From Gammaproteobacteria bacterium (GTDB lineage: Bacteria; Pseudomonadota; Gammaproteobacteria; Acidiferrobacterales; Sulfurifustaceae), in NCBI GenBank assembly GCA_029863005.1, contig JAOTWF010000001.1, positions 21,869 to 85,868 of the forward strand: 64,000 nt of DNA. The letters run 5' to 3'. Positions within the stretch are counted from its first letter, which is position 1; the number at the start of each line of letters is the position of its first letter. The notes under the pieces are model-generated. The model was not told the DNA's origin. It did not search any database and was given only the letters and a program-made list of their open reading frames with translations. Shown piece by piece: positions 49,508 through 59,318 of the stretch. The translations under genes and the position numbers were made by a program.

Positions 49508-49935
49508 AGAATCGAAGTTTCCTGGCTTTCGACTACGGCGAAAAATACATCGGGGTGGCTGTCGGCAGCAGCCATAGACGGGTGGCCGAACCCGTGACCA
49601 CTTTGCGCGGTTCCGCTAAAAACCCCGATTGGTCGGGCGTTTCACGGCTAATTGACGAGTGGCACCCGGATGCCCTGATCGTCGGCCTGCCGCTCAACAT
49701 GGATGGCAGTGACAACCCCATGACCCGCGCCGCCCGGGCGTTTGGACTTCGTTTGAAGGAACGCTACAATTTGCCAGTACACATGGTCGATGAACGTCTC
49801 TCAACGCTGGCCGCCCGGGATATCCTGAACGAGGCGGGCGTTCCCATGAGACGACACAAGTCGCGGCTTGATAAGTTGGCCGCCCAAACTATTCTGCAGG
49901 CCTTCCTGAATGAACTTCCCGGAGCTTCGCCGTGA
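49504..49935 (+). CDS. yqgF: YqgF/RuvX pre-16S rRNA nuclease
   Basis: LAFDYG..IGVAVG, VGLPLNMDG, DERLST, DKLAA. Confidence 0.93.
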   Translation: MKNRSFLAFDYGEKYIGVAVGSSHRRVAEPVTTLRGSAKNPDWSGVSRLIDEWHPDALIVGLPLNMDGSDNPMTRAARAFGLRLKERYNLPVHMVDERLSTLAARDILNEAGVPMRRHKSRLDKLAAQTILQAFLNELPGASP

Positions 49936-50429
49936 CGGCGGTGATCGATGTCGCCGCGGCGCTGGCGCGCATGGTGGAACAGCTGCAGCCGGCGCTGAAA
50001 AACAATCCTCTTATGATCGGCATCCACACCGGGGGGGTCTGGGTAGCCGAGCACCTGCACCAAAAGCTCGGTCTCAAAGAAGCGCTCGGCACGCTCGATA
50101 TCTCCTTTTATCGCGACGACTTCACCCGTGTTGGCATGAACCCACAGGTCCGCACCTCACACCTCCCGGTGAACGTGGAGGATCGGCATCTCATCCTGGT
50201 GGATGACGTATTGCATACCGGTCGGACCATCCGTGCCGCGCTCAACGAAATCTTCGACTATGGCCGTCCAGCCTCGGTGATGCTCGCCTGTCTCGTGGAG
50301 CGCGGCGGACGCGAGCTGCCCATCGAACCCCAGGTCGTGGGTGAACACGCCAAGCTTGCGAAAAACCAGCACGTCAAACTGCTTGGCCCGGGAAAACTGG
50401 AGTTGCGCATTCAGGAGGGTAACGGGTGA
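49932..50429 (+). CDS. pyrR: PyrR regulator / uracil phosphoribosyltransferase
   Basis: [30 protein letters not shown]. Confidence 0.93.
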   Translation: MTAVIDVAAALARMVEQLQPALKNNPLMIGIHTGGVWVAEHLHQKLGLKEALGTLDISFYRDDFTRVGMNPQVRTSHLPVNVEDRHLILVDDVLHTGRTIRAALNEIFDYGRPASVMLACLVERGGRELPIEPQVVGEHAKLAKNQHVKLLGPGKLELRIQEGNG

Positions 50430-51454
50430 ATCAGGGCCTTCAATTCGATGACACTGGCCGCTTGCGCCATCTGCTCACCATTGAAGGTCTTTCCCGTCAA
50501 ACCATTTTAGAAATTCTCGACACTGCCGAATCTTTCATTTCGGTGGGTCAACGCGAGATCAAAAAAATTCCGCTGCTGCGCGGCAAGACGGTCGTCAATC
50601 TCTTCTTCGAATTCAGCACCCGCACCCGCACCACATTCGAAATCGCCGCCAAGCGTCTGTCGGCCGACGTGATCAACCTGAGCGTCGGTACTTCGAGCAC
50701 CGCTAAGGGTGAAACCCTGCTCGACACCATCCGCAACCTCGAGGCCATGCACACCGACCTGTTCGTGGTGCGTCATGGCGAATCCGGTGCTGCGCACATG
50801 ATTGCCCGCCACGTGCCCCCACACGTGCGCATCATCAACGCCGGCGACGGACGCCACGCCCACCCTACCCAGGGTTTGCTCGACATGTTCACCATTCGCC
50901 GTCACAAGGGCGATTTCGGAAAACTTAAAGTGGCCATTGTCGGTGATATCCTGCACTCGCGCGTGGCACGCTCCCAGATCCATGCGCTCAAGGCCCTCGG
51001 TGTCGATGAATTGCGCGTGGTGGCACCCAAGACCTTGCTGCCCACGGCAGTGGAAAAACTGGGGGTGATTCCCTGCTCCCGCATGGAAGATGGTCTCGAC
51101 GGCGTGGATGTGGTGATGATGCTGCGCCTGCAGCGCGAACGCATGCAGGGCGCGCATATCCCGAGCGAACATGAATATTTCAATCTCTTCGGCCTCACTC
51201 CCGTGAAACTTGCACTCGCCGCGAAGGATGCCATCGTTCTGCACCCGGGCCCGATGAACCGCGGACTCGAAATCGATTCCGCCGTGGCCGACGGGCCGCA
51301 ATCTGTCATCCTCCCTCAGGTGACCTACGGCATCGCCGTGCGCATGGCGGTCATGGCATTGATCATGGGTGGCTCTCCGGGGCGTCGCGAGGAAACACAT
51401 CCTGTGGCCGCGAGCCGGGCGCGCGCGGTCGTCACTACGAGGAAGCGTAAATGA
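50426..51454 (+). CDS. pyrB: Aspartate carbamoyltransferase catalytic subunit
   Basis: [31 protein letters not shown]. Confidence 0.96.
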   Translation: MNQGLQFDDTGRLRHLLTIEGLSRQTILEILDTAESFISVGQREIKKIPLLRGKTVVNLFFEFSTRTRTTFEIAAKRLSADVINLSVGTSSTAKGETLLDTIRNLEAMHTDLFVVRHGESGAAHMIARHVPPHVRIINAGDGRHAHPTQGLLDMFTIRRHKGDFGKLKVAIVGDILHSRVARSQIHALKALGVDELRVVAPKTLLPTAVEKLGVIPCSRMEDGLDGVDVVMMLRLQRERMQGAHIPSEHEYFNLFGLTPVKLALAAKDAIVLHPGPMNRGLEIDSAVADGPQSVILPQVTYGIAVRMAVMALIMGGSPGRREETHPVAASRARAVVTTRKRK

Positions 51455-52737
51455 GCCTCGTTATCCAGGGTGGGCATCTGATCGACCCGGCGAATCGCGT
51501 GAACGGGGAAAAAAATCTTTATATCGATGACAATGGTTTTGTCGTGGGCGTGGGAAAATCACCCCCGGGCTTCAAAGCCAGAATAACCGTCAAGGCGCAA
51601 GGCAAAATTGTCTGTCCGGGGCTCGTGGACCTGCGCGCACGCCTGCGTGAACCCGGGCTGGAATACAAGGCCACTATTGAATCTGAGGTGCATGCCGCCG
51701 TCGCGGCCGGCATCACCACGCTCTGCTGTCCGCCCGACACGCTGCCCGTCATTGACACCCCGGCCATGGCGCAGATGCTGCAATCGCGGGCTTGGCGCTT
51801 CGGGCTCGCCTTCATCCATCCGCTGGGGGCACTCACCCAGCGACTCGAAGGCAAGCTGTTGGCCGACATGGAAGCGCTCGATGAGGCCGGTTGTGTGGGT
51901 TTCACCAACGCCTTGTCACCGGTAACCGACACACTGGTGATGCGCCGCGCCCTGGAATACGCCGCCACCCTCGACCTGACCGTATTCCTGCATGCCGAAG
52001 ATCCGTGGTTGCGTAACGGCGGTTGCGTGCACGAAGGCGAGATCGGCACCCGCCTGGGGCTACCCGGAATCCCGGAGGCCGCCGAGACTGTCGGGGTGGC
52101 GCGCGATCTCGCGCTGATCGAACAGACTGGCTGTCGTGCGCATTTTTGCGGATTGTCGAGTGCGCGCGCCGCCGCCATGGTTGCCGCGGCGCAAAAAAAA
52201 GGACTGCCGGTGAGCGCCGACACCACGGCGCATCACCTGCACCTGACCGAGCACGACATTGGCGATTTCAACACCTTGTGTCATGTGCGCCCACCACTGC
52301 GTGGTCGCCATGATCGCGAAGGCCTGCGTAAAGCTCTCGCCAACGGGATCATCAGCGCCATCTGCTCGGATCACCAACCGCACGAACCGGATGCCAAGCT
52401 CGCGCCCTTCGCCCGTTCCGAGCCGGGCATCTCCGCACTGGAGACCCTGCTGCCGCTGACGCTCAGGCTGGTGGATGAGAAACTGCTTACCCTGGAAGAA
52501 GCCATTGCCCGGTTGACCCACCAGCCGGCGCAGATCATCGGCGTGGAAACCGGCCATCTCGGCCTCGGCGCCACGGCCGACATCTGTATCTTCGACCCCG
52601 AGGCGCGCTGGACCCTGATCGAGGACAGGCTGGTCTCGCGCGGCCACAACACGCCGTTTCTCGGTCAGACATTCCACGGACAGGTCACCCACACGCTGGT
52701 GGGCGGGAAACTGGTTTACGAATCTCCCCCGGCATGA
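51451..52737 (+). CDS. pyrC': Dihydroorotase-like protein, probably the inactive PyrC' scaffold of ATCase
   Basis: Amidohydrolase-fold motifs (PGLVD, SDHQPH), but the metal-binding HxH reads [10 protein letters not shown]. Confidence 0.85.
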   Translation: MSLVIQGGHLIDPANRVNGEKNLYIDDNGFVVGVGKSPPGFKARITVKAQGKIVCPGLVDLRARLREPGLEYKATIESEVHAAVAAGITTLCCPPDTLPVIDTPAMAQMLQSRAWRFGLAFIHPLGALTQRLEGKLLADMEALDEAGCVGFTNALSPVTDTLVMRRALEYAATLDLTVFLHAEDPWLRNGGCVHEGEIGTRLGLPGIPEAAETVGVARDLALIEQTGCRAHFCGLSSARAAAMVAAAQKKGLPVSADTTAHHLHLTEHDIGDFNTLCHVRPPLRGRHDREGLRKALANGIISAICSDHQPHEPDAKLAPFARSEPGISALETLLPLTLRLVDEKLLTLEEAIARLTHQPAQIIGVETGHLGLGATADICIFDPEARWTLIEDRLVSRGHNTPFLGQTFHGQVTHTLVGGKLVYESPPA

Positions 52738-52782
52738 TTGACGATGAGACGATTTGTGGCTGGCCGAACATCACAGAAGCAA

Positions 52783-52824
52783 CCTAAAACAATAAAGCCC
52801 CGTCAGGGGCTTTATTGTTTTAGG
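52783..52824. terminator. Bidirectional terminator between convergent pyrC' and pilU
   Basis: Perfect 19-bp stem CCTAAAACAATAAAGCCCC-gtca-GGGGCTTTATTGTTTTAGG. Confidence 0.88.
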
Positions 52825-52845
52825 AGATGAATTAAATATTTGTGG

Positions 52846-53961
52846 TTATTTGACGGTCACGTTGCGCATAGATTCGCCAAGTTCGCGGCTTTTCGAGTCC
52901 TTGCCTTCGAGCTTGATGCGCAGACGCACGTCGTTGACCGAGTCGGCGTTGCGCAGGGCATCATCGTAGGAAATGAGATCAGCCTCATACAGATTGAATA
53001 GCGACTGGTCAAAGGTCTGCATGCCAACTTCGGTGGATTTGCTCATCAAATCCTTAATCTCCGGAATCTTGCCTTCCATGATGAGATCGGCAATCAGCGG
53101 CGAGTTGATCATTACCTCGACCGCGGGCACACGCCCCTTGCCGCTTTTCATCGGAATCAGGCGCTGTGAAATGATCGCTTTCAAGTTAAGCCCCAAATCC
53201 ATCAGCAGCTGGTTGCGCTTGTCCTCGGGGAAGAAGTTGATAATGCGATCGAGCGCCTGGTTGGCGTTGTTCGCGTGTAGCGTGGACAGACACAGGTGGC
53301 CGGTTTCGGAGAACTGGATGGCGAGATCCATGGTCTCGCGCGCGCGCACCTCGCCAATCAGAATCACGTCCGGCGCCTGGCGCATGGCGTTTTTTAGAGC
53401 CACTTCGTAGGTCGCGGTGTCCACGCCAACCTCGCGTTGATTCACGATGCAATTCTTGTGGTCGTGAACAAATTCCACCGGGTCTTCGATGGTGAGAATA
53501 TGCCCGTAGCTGTACTCGTTGCGATAGCCGATCATGGCCGCAAGCGAAGTGGATTTGCCCGAACCGGTGCCACCGACGAACAGGATCAGTCCACGCTTGG
53601 TCAATGCCAGGTCGGCCAGCACCTTGGGCAGATGCAGGTCGTCGAAGCGCGGAATGTCGGTGTTGATGGTGCGCAGCACCATGCCCACGCGCTGTTGCTG
53701 CATAAAAACGTTCACGCGGAAACGACCAATCTCTTGTGGGGCGATGGCGAAATTGCATTCGTTGTTGGACTCGAACTGGCGGCGTTGGTCCTCGTTCATG
53801 ATGCCGTAGGCGAAGGCGCGCGACTGCTCCGGTGACAGTGCCTGTTTGGTGACCGGCATGAGCTTGCCGTCCACCTTGATGGAGGGCGGCACCCCGGCCG
53901 TCACAAACAGGTCCGAGGCCTTCTTGTGCTTCATCAGCTTGAGGAGATCAATAAAATTCAT
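52846..53961 (-). CDS. pilU: Type IV pilus retraction ATPase PilU
   Basis: ASDLF, GGTGSGKST, TIEDPVEF, MRQAPDVILIGEVR, TLHANNANQA. Confidence 0.93.
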   Translation of the reverse strand: MNFIDLLKLMKHKKASDLFVTAGVPPSIKVDGKLMPVTKQALSPEQSRAFAYGIMNEDQRRQFESNNECNFAIAPQEIGRFRVNVFMQQQRVGMVLRTINTDIPRFDDLHLPKVLADLALTKRGLILFVGGTGSGKSTSLAAMIGYRNEYSYGHILTIEDPVEFVHDHKNCIVNQREVGVDTATYEVALKNAMRQAPDVILIGEVRARETMDLAIQFSETGHLCLSTLHANNANQALDRIINFFPEDKRNQLLMDLGLNLKAIISQRLIPMKSGKGRVPAVEVMINSPLIADLIMEGKIPEIKDLMSKSTEVGMQTFDQSLFNLYEADLISYDDALRNADSVNDVRLRIKLEGKDSKSRELGESMRNVTVK

Positions 53962-55025
53962 TTCTTGGTCCCCGCGGCGACGGCCGCGGCCGTGAACAGG
54001 TCCCTGTTGACCGCGACCGTGCGCGCGTCATCCACTTGCACCTGGCGCGTGCGCACCAAGTCTTGCAGGCACTGATCGAGCGTCTGCATGCCTACATTCT
54101 GGCCTGTCTGGATGGCTGAGTACATCTGTGCGATCTTGTTTTCGCGTATCAGGTTGCGAATCGCGGGGGTACCGATCATGATCTCGTGCGCCGCCACGCG
54201 ACCACCGCCAATTTTCTTCAGCAGCGTCTGGGATATCACCGCGCGTAGCGACTCGGAGAGCATGGCACGCACCATGTCCTTTTCGGCCGCCGGGAACACG
54301 TCGATGATGCGGTCGATGGTCTTGGCCGCGGAACTCGTATGCAAGGTGGCGAATACCAGGTGGCCGGTTTCGGCGCCGGTCAGTGCGAGGCGGATGGTTT
54401 CCAGATCACGCATTTCGCCCACCAGAATCACGTCCGGGTCTTCACGCGTGACCGACCTCAGCGCGTTATTGAAACTCAGCGTGTCCTTGCCGACCTCGCG
54501 CTGATTGATCAAGCAATTCTTGCTGGTGTGCACAAATTCAATAGGGTCCTCAATGCTGACGATGTGTTCGTGCAGCGTTTCATTAATATGGTTTATCATC
54601 GCCGCCAAAGTCGTGGACTTGCCGGAACCGGTGGGACCGGTGACGAGCACAATCCCGCGCGGTTGATCGGCTATTTGTTTGAACACTGGCGGGCAATTGA
54701 GCTGCTCAAGCGTCAGCACCTTCGAGGGAATGGTCCGGAACACCGCGGCTGGGCCGCGCAACTGGTTGAAGGCGTTGACACGAAACCGCGCGATGTTAGG
54801 CAGCTCGAAGGAAAAATCGGTCTCGAAAAACTCCTCGTAATCCTTCTGTTGCTTGTCCGACATGATGTCATAGATCATGTTGTGGACAGTACGGTCGTCC
54901 AGGGGATCCACGTTGATGCGCTTGATGTCGCCGTCCACCCGGATCAACGGCGGCAGGCCGGACGATAAATGCAGGTCCGAGGCGTTCTGTTTGAAGGCAA
55001 ACGCCAGCAGCTCGGCAATATCCAT
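53958..55025 (-). CDS. pilT: Type IV pilus retraction ATPase PilT
   Basis: ASDLHLS, GPTGSGKSTT, REDPDVILVGEMRD, AIRNLIRE. Confidence 0.95.
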   Translation of the reverse strand: MDIAELLAFAFKQNASDLHLSSGLPPLIRVDGDIKRINVDPLDDRTVHNMIYDIMSDKQQKDYEEFFETDFSFELPNIARFRVNAFNQLRGPAAVFRTIPSKVLTLEQLNCPPVFKQIADQPRGIVLVTGPTGSGKSTTLAAMINHINETLHEHIVSIEDPIEFVHTSKNCLINQREVGKDTLSFNNALRSVTREDPDVILVGEMRDLETIRLALTGAETGHLVFATLHTSSAAKTIDRIIDVFPAAEKDMVRAMLSESLRAVISQTLLKKIGGGRVAAHEIMIGTPAIRNLIRENKIAQMYSAIQTGQNVGMQTLDQCLQDLVRTRQVQVDDARTVAVNRDLFTAAAVAAGTKK

Positions 55026-55224
55026 CAGTTTCTCCGTGGGTCGTGGTTGGTTAAGGCATTGTAAATTCGGCCCCTGCCATAATTTCTAGTCCATTCCGGG
55101 CTTGGCCGCAATGGAGTCCGGTCCCCCTGGTCGGTGAAATTGGCCGAAATCTGCGGTTTTCTGCGGATCTTGTCACGGGTTTTCGCTTCCGTTCCCGCCA
55201 AGGGCGTTTTACACTTTGGCGGCC

Positions 55225-56076
55225 ATGGCTCCCATCTCCCCGCACGGTGCACCTCCCCTGATCGGATTCATCGGCGCCGGCAACATGGCTCGCAGCCTGG
55301 TCTCGGGCCTGCTGAAAAACGGCTGGGGCAAAAACCAGATCATCCTCTCCGATCCTGATTCGTCACAGCGGAAATCGATCGAATCCGTCCTGGGCGTTAA
55401 AACCTCTGCCAACAACCAGGATGTTGTTACGCACGCCAATATCCTAGTGTTGGCGGTCAAACCGCAGGTATTGGCCGAAGTGGCCATGGAACTGGCCACC
55501 GCGGTACAAAAGAAAAAACCCCTTGTTATCTCCATCGCCGCGGGGGTGCGCCTGGCGGATCTCGACCGCTGGTTGGGAGGAGGGCTCGCTATCGTGCGAT
55601 CCATGCCCAACACCGCGGCTCTGATCGGAAGCGGCGCCGCGGGGCTTTTCGCGAATGCGCGTGTGAACGAAGCCATGCGCAACCAAGCTGAATCTATCCT
55701 GCGCGCTGTGGGCGTTACGGTCTGGCTTAACGATGAATCCCTGATGGACGTGGTGACCGCGCTGTCCGGCAGTGGACCGGCGTACTTTTTTCTCATCATG
55801 GAGGCGCTCGAGCAGGCGTCGATTGAATCCGGGCTGGATGCGAAACAGGCACGCCTGCTCACGCTGGAGACAGCCTATGGCGCGGCCAAGATGGCCCTCG
55901 AAGGCCATGAAGAGCCGTCGCAACTGCGCCGTCGCGTGACCTCCCCCGGTGGCACGACAGAACAAGCAGTTAAAGTGCTCGAAAATGGCAATATTCGTAG
56001 CCTGTTCAGGCAAGCCATGCAGGCGGCCGTCAATCGTTCGCGGGAAATCGCCGATTTGTTCGGGAAGAAGGCATGA
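55225..56076 (+). CDS. proC: Pyrroline-5-carboxylate reductase
   Basis: IGFIGAGNM, LAVKPQ, SIAAG, RSMPNT, SGSGPAY, VTSPGGTT. Confidence 0.95.
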   Translation: MAPISPHGAPPLIGFIGAGNMARSLVSGLLKNGWGKNQIILSDPDSSQRKSIESVLGVKTSANNQDVVTHANILVLAVKPQVLAEVAMELATAVQKKKPLVISIAAGVRLADLDRWLGGGLAIVRSMPNTAALIGSGAAGLFANARVNEAMRNQAESILRAVGVTVWLNDESLMDVVTALSGSGPAYFFLIMEALEQASIESGLDAKQARLLTLETAYGAAKMALEGHEEPSQLRRRVTSPGGTTEQAVKVLENGNIRSLFRQAMQAAVNRSREIADLFGKKA

Positions 56077-56630
56077 GCTCGTTTTTCACGGAAGCAAGCG
56101 TCCTTATTGTCGAAGTCGTCTTCGAGCTGTATATCCTGGCGGTGTTGCTGCGCTTTCTGCTCCAACTCTCCCGTGCCGATTTCTATAATCCCATCTCCCA
56201 GTTCCTGGTGGCGCTCACCAACCCGTTGCTCGCACCGTTGCGGCGCGTCATACCGGGGTCCTTTGGTATCGACATCGCCTCGCTGGTTCTGCTGCTCGCC
56301 CTCAAATACCTCGAGTTATTCATCCTCTCCTGGCTCATCGGCCGCGCACCCGATCTTGTCCCGCTATTGCTGGCGGCCGTGGTCAGCTTGGTGCGCCTTA
56401 CGATCTATGTCTATTTTTACGCCATCCTGCTGCGAGTAATTCTCAGCTGGTTCATGCCTTATGGCATGCGTCAAAACCCGGCGGGGGACCTGCTGGTGAG
56501 TCTCACCGAACCGCTGATGCGACCGGCGCGTCGCCTGATTCCGTCGGTCGGGGGCCTCGATCTCTCTCCGATTGTCGTGCTGGTCGGGCTACAACTATTG
56601 CAGCTCGCTCTTGCCCATCTGCTGCGATAA
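56073..56630 (+). CDS. yggT: YggT family membrane protein
   Basis: ADFYNPISQ...TNPLLAPLRRVIP and TEPLMRPARRLIP..GGLDLSP repeats. Confidence 0.92.
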   Translation: MSSFFTEASVLIVEVVFELYILAVLLRFLLQLSRADFYNPISQFLVALTNPLLAPLRRVIPGSFGIDIASLVLLLALKYLELFILSWLIGRAPDLVPLLLAAVVSLVRLTIYVYFYAILLRVILSWFMPYGMRQNPAGDLLVSLTEPLMRPARRLIPSVGGLDLSPIVVLVGLQLLQLALAHLLR

Positions 56631-56632
56631 CC

Positions 56633-56923
56633 GTGGGTTGGTTCCGACGTGACGGCCCGGACCTCGTGCTGCAAGTCCAAGTCCAGGCACGTGCCGCCTC
56701 GGACGCCATCGCCGGGGTGTTGGGTGATCGACTGAAGGTCCGCCTTACCGCCCCAGCGGTGGAAGGGAGGGCCAATGAACATCTCATGACTTATCTCGCC
56801 AGGGTATTTGGCATTCCACGCAGCCACGTGGTCCTGGTACGAGGAAAAACCGCGAAACACAAGCAAGTCCGCCTCCGCTCTCCCCGAAAACTCCCGGAAA
56901 ACCTCGACTGGGACCAGCGCTAA
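56633..56923 (+). CDS. yggU: DUF167/YggU family protein
   Basis: VQARA, LKVRLTAPAVEGRAN, GKTAKHK. Confidence 0.9.
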   Translation: MGWFRRDGPDLVLQVQVQARAASDAIAGVLGDRLKVRLTAPAVEGRANEHLMTYLARVFGIPRSHVVLVRGKTAKHKQVRLRSPRKLPENLDWDQR

Positions 56924-57058
56924 TTCCCGCATCGAAGATGCTCGCCCCCCTATGCCACAGCGGGTGCCAGCGGGCAACTCCTCCCTGGGTGGGGGCTAGA
57001 TATAGTTTTTATTTAAGTTTATATTCTAACCGACTGTATTAAAGGGGGATTCAATATA

Positions 57059-59032
57059 ATGATAAACGCGCAACAGCTGAAAGACCGCCCCCGGCTGGCA
57101 GTCAATGAATTCAGCCGGCGGCTCGGAGACTATAAACACTGGCGCGACGAATTAATCGAAATAATCAATGAATACCAGACTTGGGTCGAAAGCCACGGGC
57201 TGGCCAGCGGCGAGGAAGATCTGCAGCTTTACGAGCTCATTGATTCACTTCGCTCCGACAAGCTCACCATCGCACTTGTTGCGGAATTTTCCCGGGGCAA
57301 AACCGAACTGATTAACGCCATCTTCTTCGCCGATTATCGGCAACGCCTCCTGCCCTCGGAGGCCGGACGCACCACCATGTGCCCCACGGAACTGCGCTTC
57401 GACGAAAACGAACCACCCTGCCTGAAACTGCTCCCGATCGAAACGCGCCAGACGGCCACCAGCATTTCTGAGTACAAGCGTTCTTCTTCTGCTTGGACTG
57501 TGATGCCGCTGGATCTGGATTCGACAAAAAAAATGGCGGAAACATTCCAACACACTATCAAAACCAAACCGGTGAGACGGCAGCTGGCGGAAGCGCTTGG
57601 TCTCTACCATCCCGATATCGAAGCCACCATGCACATGCTTAACTGCGATGGCAGCGTCGAAATTCCGGTCTGGCGACATGCGATCATCAATTTCCCGCAT
57701 CCCCTGCTGAAGCAGGGACTGGTGGTGCTCGACACCCCCGGACTCAATTCACTCGGCACCGAACCGGAATTGACTTTGAGCATGCTACCCAGCGCCCAGG
57801 CGGTGTTGTTCGTGCTGGCCGCCGATGCCGGCGTCACCCAAACCGATCTCGAGGTGTGGAATCATCACGTCAGCCCTAACCGCGGCAATCGGGGGGGAGG
57901 CCGCTTGGTAGCATTGAACAAGATCGATTATTTGTGGGACGAGATGAGCAACGATACCGTCTTCACCGCCGAGATAGCACGCCAGACGCAGGAGACAGCG
58001 CGCACACTTGGCATCAGTAAGAATCAGGTGCTCGCGGTTTCCGCGCGCAAGGGATTGCTTGGCAAGATCAAGACAGATCATGCCCTGATTGAGCGCAGCG
58101 GACTGCCAGCGCTGGAATCCAAATTGTCGGACGAGATTATCCCGGCGAGACGGGAACTGCTGCGCGAGCGCGTGATCCACGATATTGGCTCCATGGTCGA
58201 AACCACCAGCGCCATGATCGAGGCGAGGCTCACGGCCGTTATCGGGCAAATTGAAGAACTCCAGGCCCTGGGAGGGGAGAACCGTGACGCTATCCAGGAT
58301 CTGGTGACACGTCTGCGCGATGAGAAACAGGCCTATGACCAGACGCTCACCAGTTTCCAGAATACCCGCGCTGTGCTTTCCGACCAGGTCAAATTGCTGC
58401 AAGATTACCTCGGCATCGAGGCGTTTGACGATTTGGCCAATACCACGCGACGCGGCATGTACGAATCCTGGACCACAACGGGATTGCGCGACGCCATGAA
58501 ATTATTGTTCGATGGCGCGCTCGATGCCATGGAAAAGGCCAACAAACAGAGCCAACAGGTGCGCAGCCTGGTCCAGGCGATTTACGGAAAATTCCACAGC
58601 GAGCATGGACTCGCCAAGATCAAACCGGTCAATTTTTCCCTGCTGCCCTATCGCAGCCAGTTGCAAAAACTATACGAGGAGGCCGAGGCCTTTCGCAACA
58701 GTCCGATGATGGTTATTACGGAACAGCATTATGTGGTCCAGAAGTTCTTTGTCACTCTGGTGGCACGTGCGCGCGATATATTCAGCGAAAGCGGTATCGC
58801 GGCCCGCACCTGGAGCAAAGCCATCATGGCGCCCATCCTGTCCCAGGTCCGCGAGCACAAGCTTCTCATGGAACAACGCCTCGAGAATCTGAAAAAAGTC
58901 CATGAAAATTCCGAGAATCTGACTGAACGGATTGCCGAACTGGAATCCAGCCGCCAGAATCTGGAAAACCAGCAGCTCGTCATCCGCAACATGCTGCGCA
59001 AGATTAACCAGCCGTTGCCAGAGGATACTTAA
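57059..59032 (+). CDS. Bacterial dynamin-like GTPase
   Basis: G1 AEFSRGKT, G2 region GRTTMCPT, G3 DTPG, G4 NKID; long helical C-terminal stalk; 657 aa. Confidence 0.85.
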   Translation: MINAQQLKDRPRLAVNEFSRRLGDYKHWRDELIEIINEYQTWVESHGLASGEEDLQLYELIDSLRSDKLTIALVAEFSRGKTELINAIFFADYRQRLLPSEAGRTTMCPTELRFDENEPPCLKLLPIETRQTATSISEYKRSSSAWTVMPLDLDSTKKMAETFQHTIKTKPVRRQLAEALGLYHPDIEATMHMLNCDGSVEIPVWRHAIINFPHPLLKQGLVVLDTPGLNSLGTEPELTLSMLPSAQAVLFVLAADAGVTQTDLEVWNHHVSPNRGNRGGGRLVALNKIDYLWDEMSNDTVFTAEIARQTQETARTLGISKNQVLAVSARKGLLGKIKTDHALIERSGLPALESKLSDEIIPARRELLRERVIHDIGSMVETTSAMIEARLTAVIGQIEELQALGGENRDAIQDLVTRLRDEKQAYDQTLTSFQNTRAVLSDQVKLLQDYLGIEAFDDLANTTRRGMYESWTTTGLRDAMKLLFDGALDAMEKANKQSQQVRSLVQAIYGKFHSEHGLAKIKPVNFSLLPYRSQLQKLYEEAEAFRNSPMMVITEQHYVVQKFFVTLVARARDIFSESGIAARTWSKAIMAPILSQVREHKLLMEQRLENLKKVHENSENLTERIAELESSRQNLENQQLVIRNMLRKINQPLPEDT

Positions 59033-59060
59033 GTCGGTGTGGCTCTAACAAGTGAATAAA

Positions 59061-59097
59061 AAGGACGGAAGAGACGATTCTTCCGTCCTTCCTTTTT
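59061..59097 (+). terminator. Intrinsic terminator after the dynamin-like gene
   Basis: AAGGACGGAAGA-N6-TCTTCCGTCCTT 12-bp stem followed by CCTTTTT. Confidence 0.75.
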
Positions 59098-59318
59098 CCA
59101 CTGATGAGACTACTGTGCGGCGCAGTGGGTCGATGCCACGGAGGCAGAGGCGGAACAAGAATCGAACAAAGCAGTGTAAGATGGGCCTGCTCGCTTATGG
59201 ATGGGACTAAACAATTTGAGAGTCAGGCACTTTTTTCATACCCCAACCACCACGAGTTTTTTCTGCCTTCTCGCCCCGACAGTCAGCCATCCCCACTCAT
59301 TTGCATGAGAAAATTGCC

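Noticed and set aside
59043-59049. CTCTAAC R''-like box after the dynamin gene
   Set aside because: Followed by an ordinary terminator hairpin; no L'/R' partner.
59199-59292. Possible MITE ends GGATGGGACT ... AGTCAGCCATCC
   Set aside because: Short, needs a 2-nt gap, and has no target-site duplication or second copy in the window.
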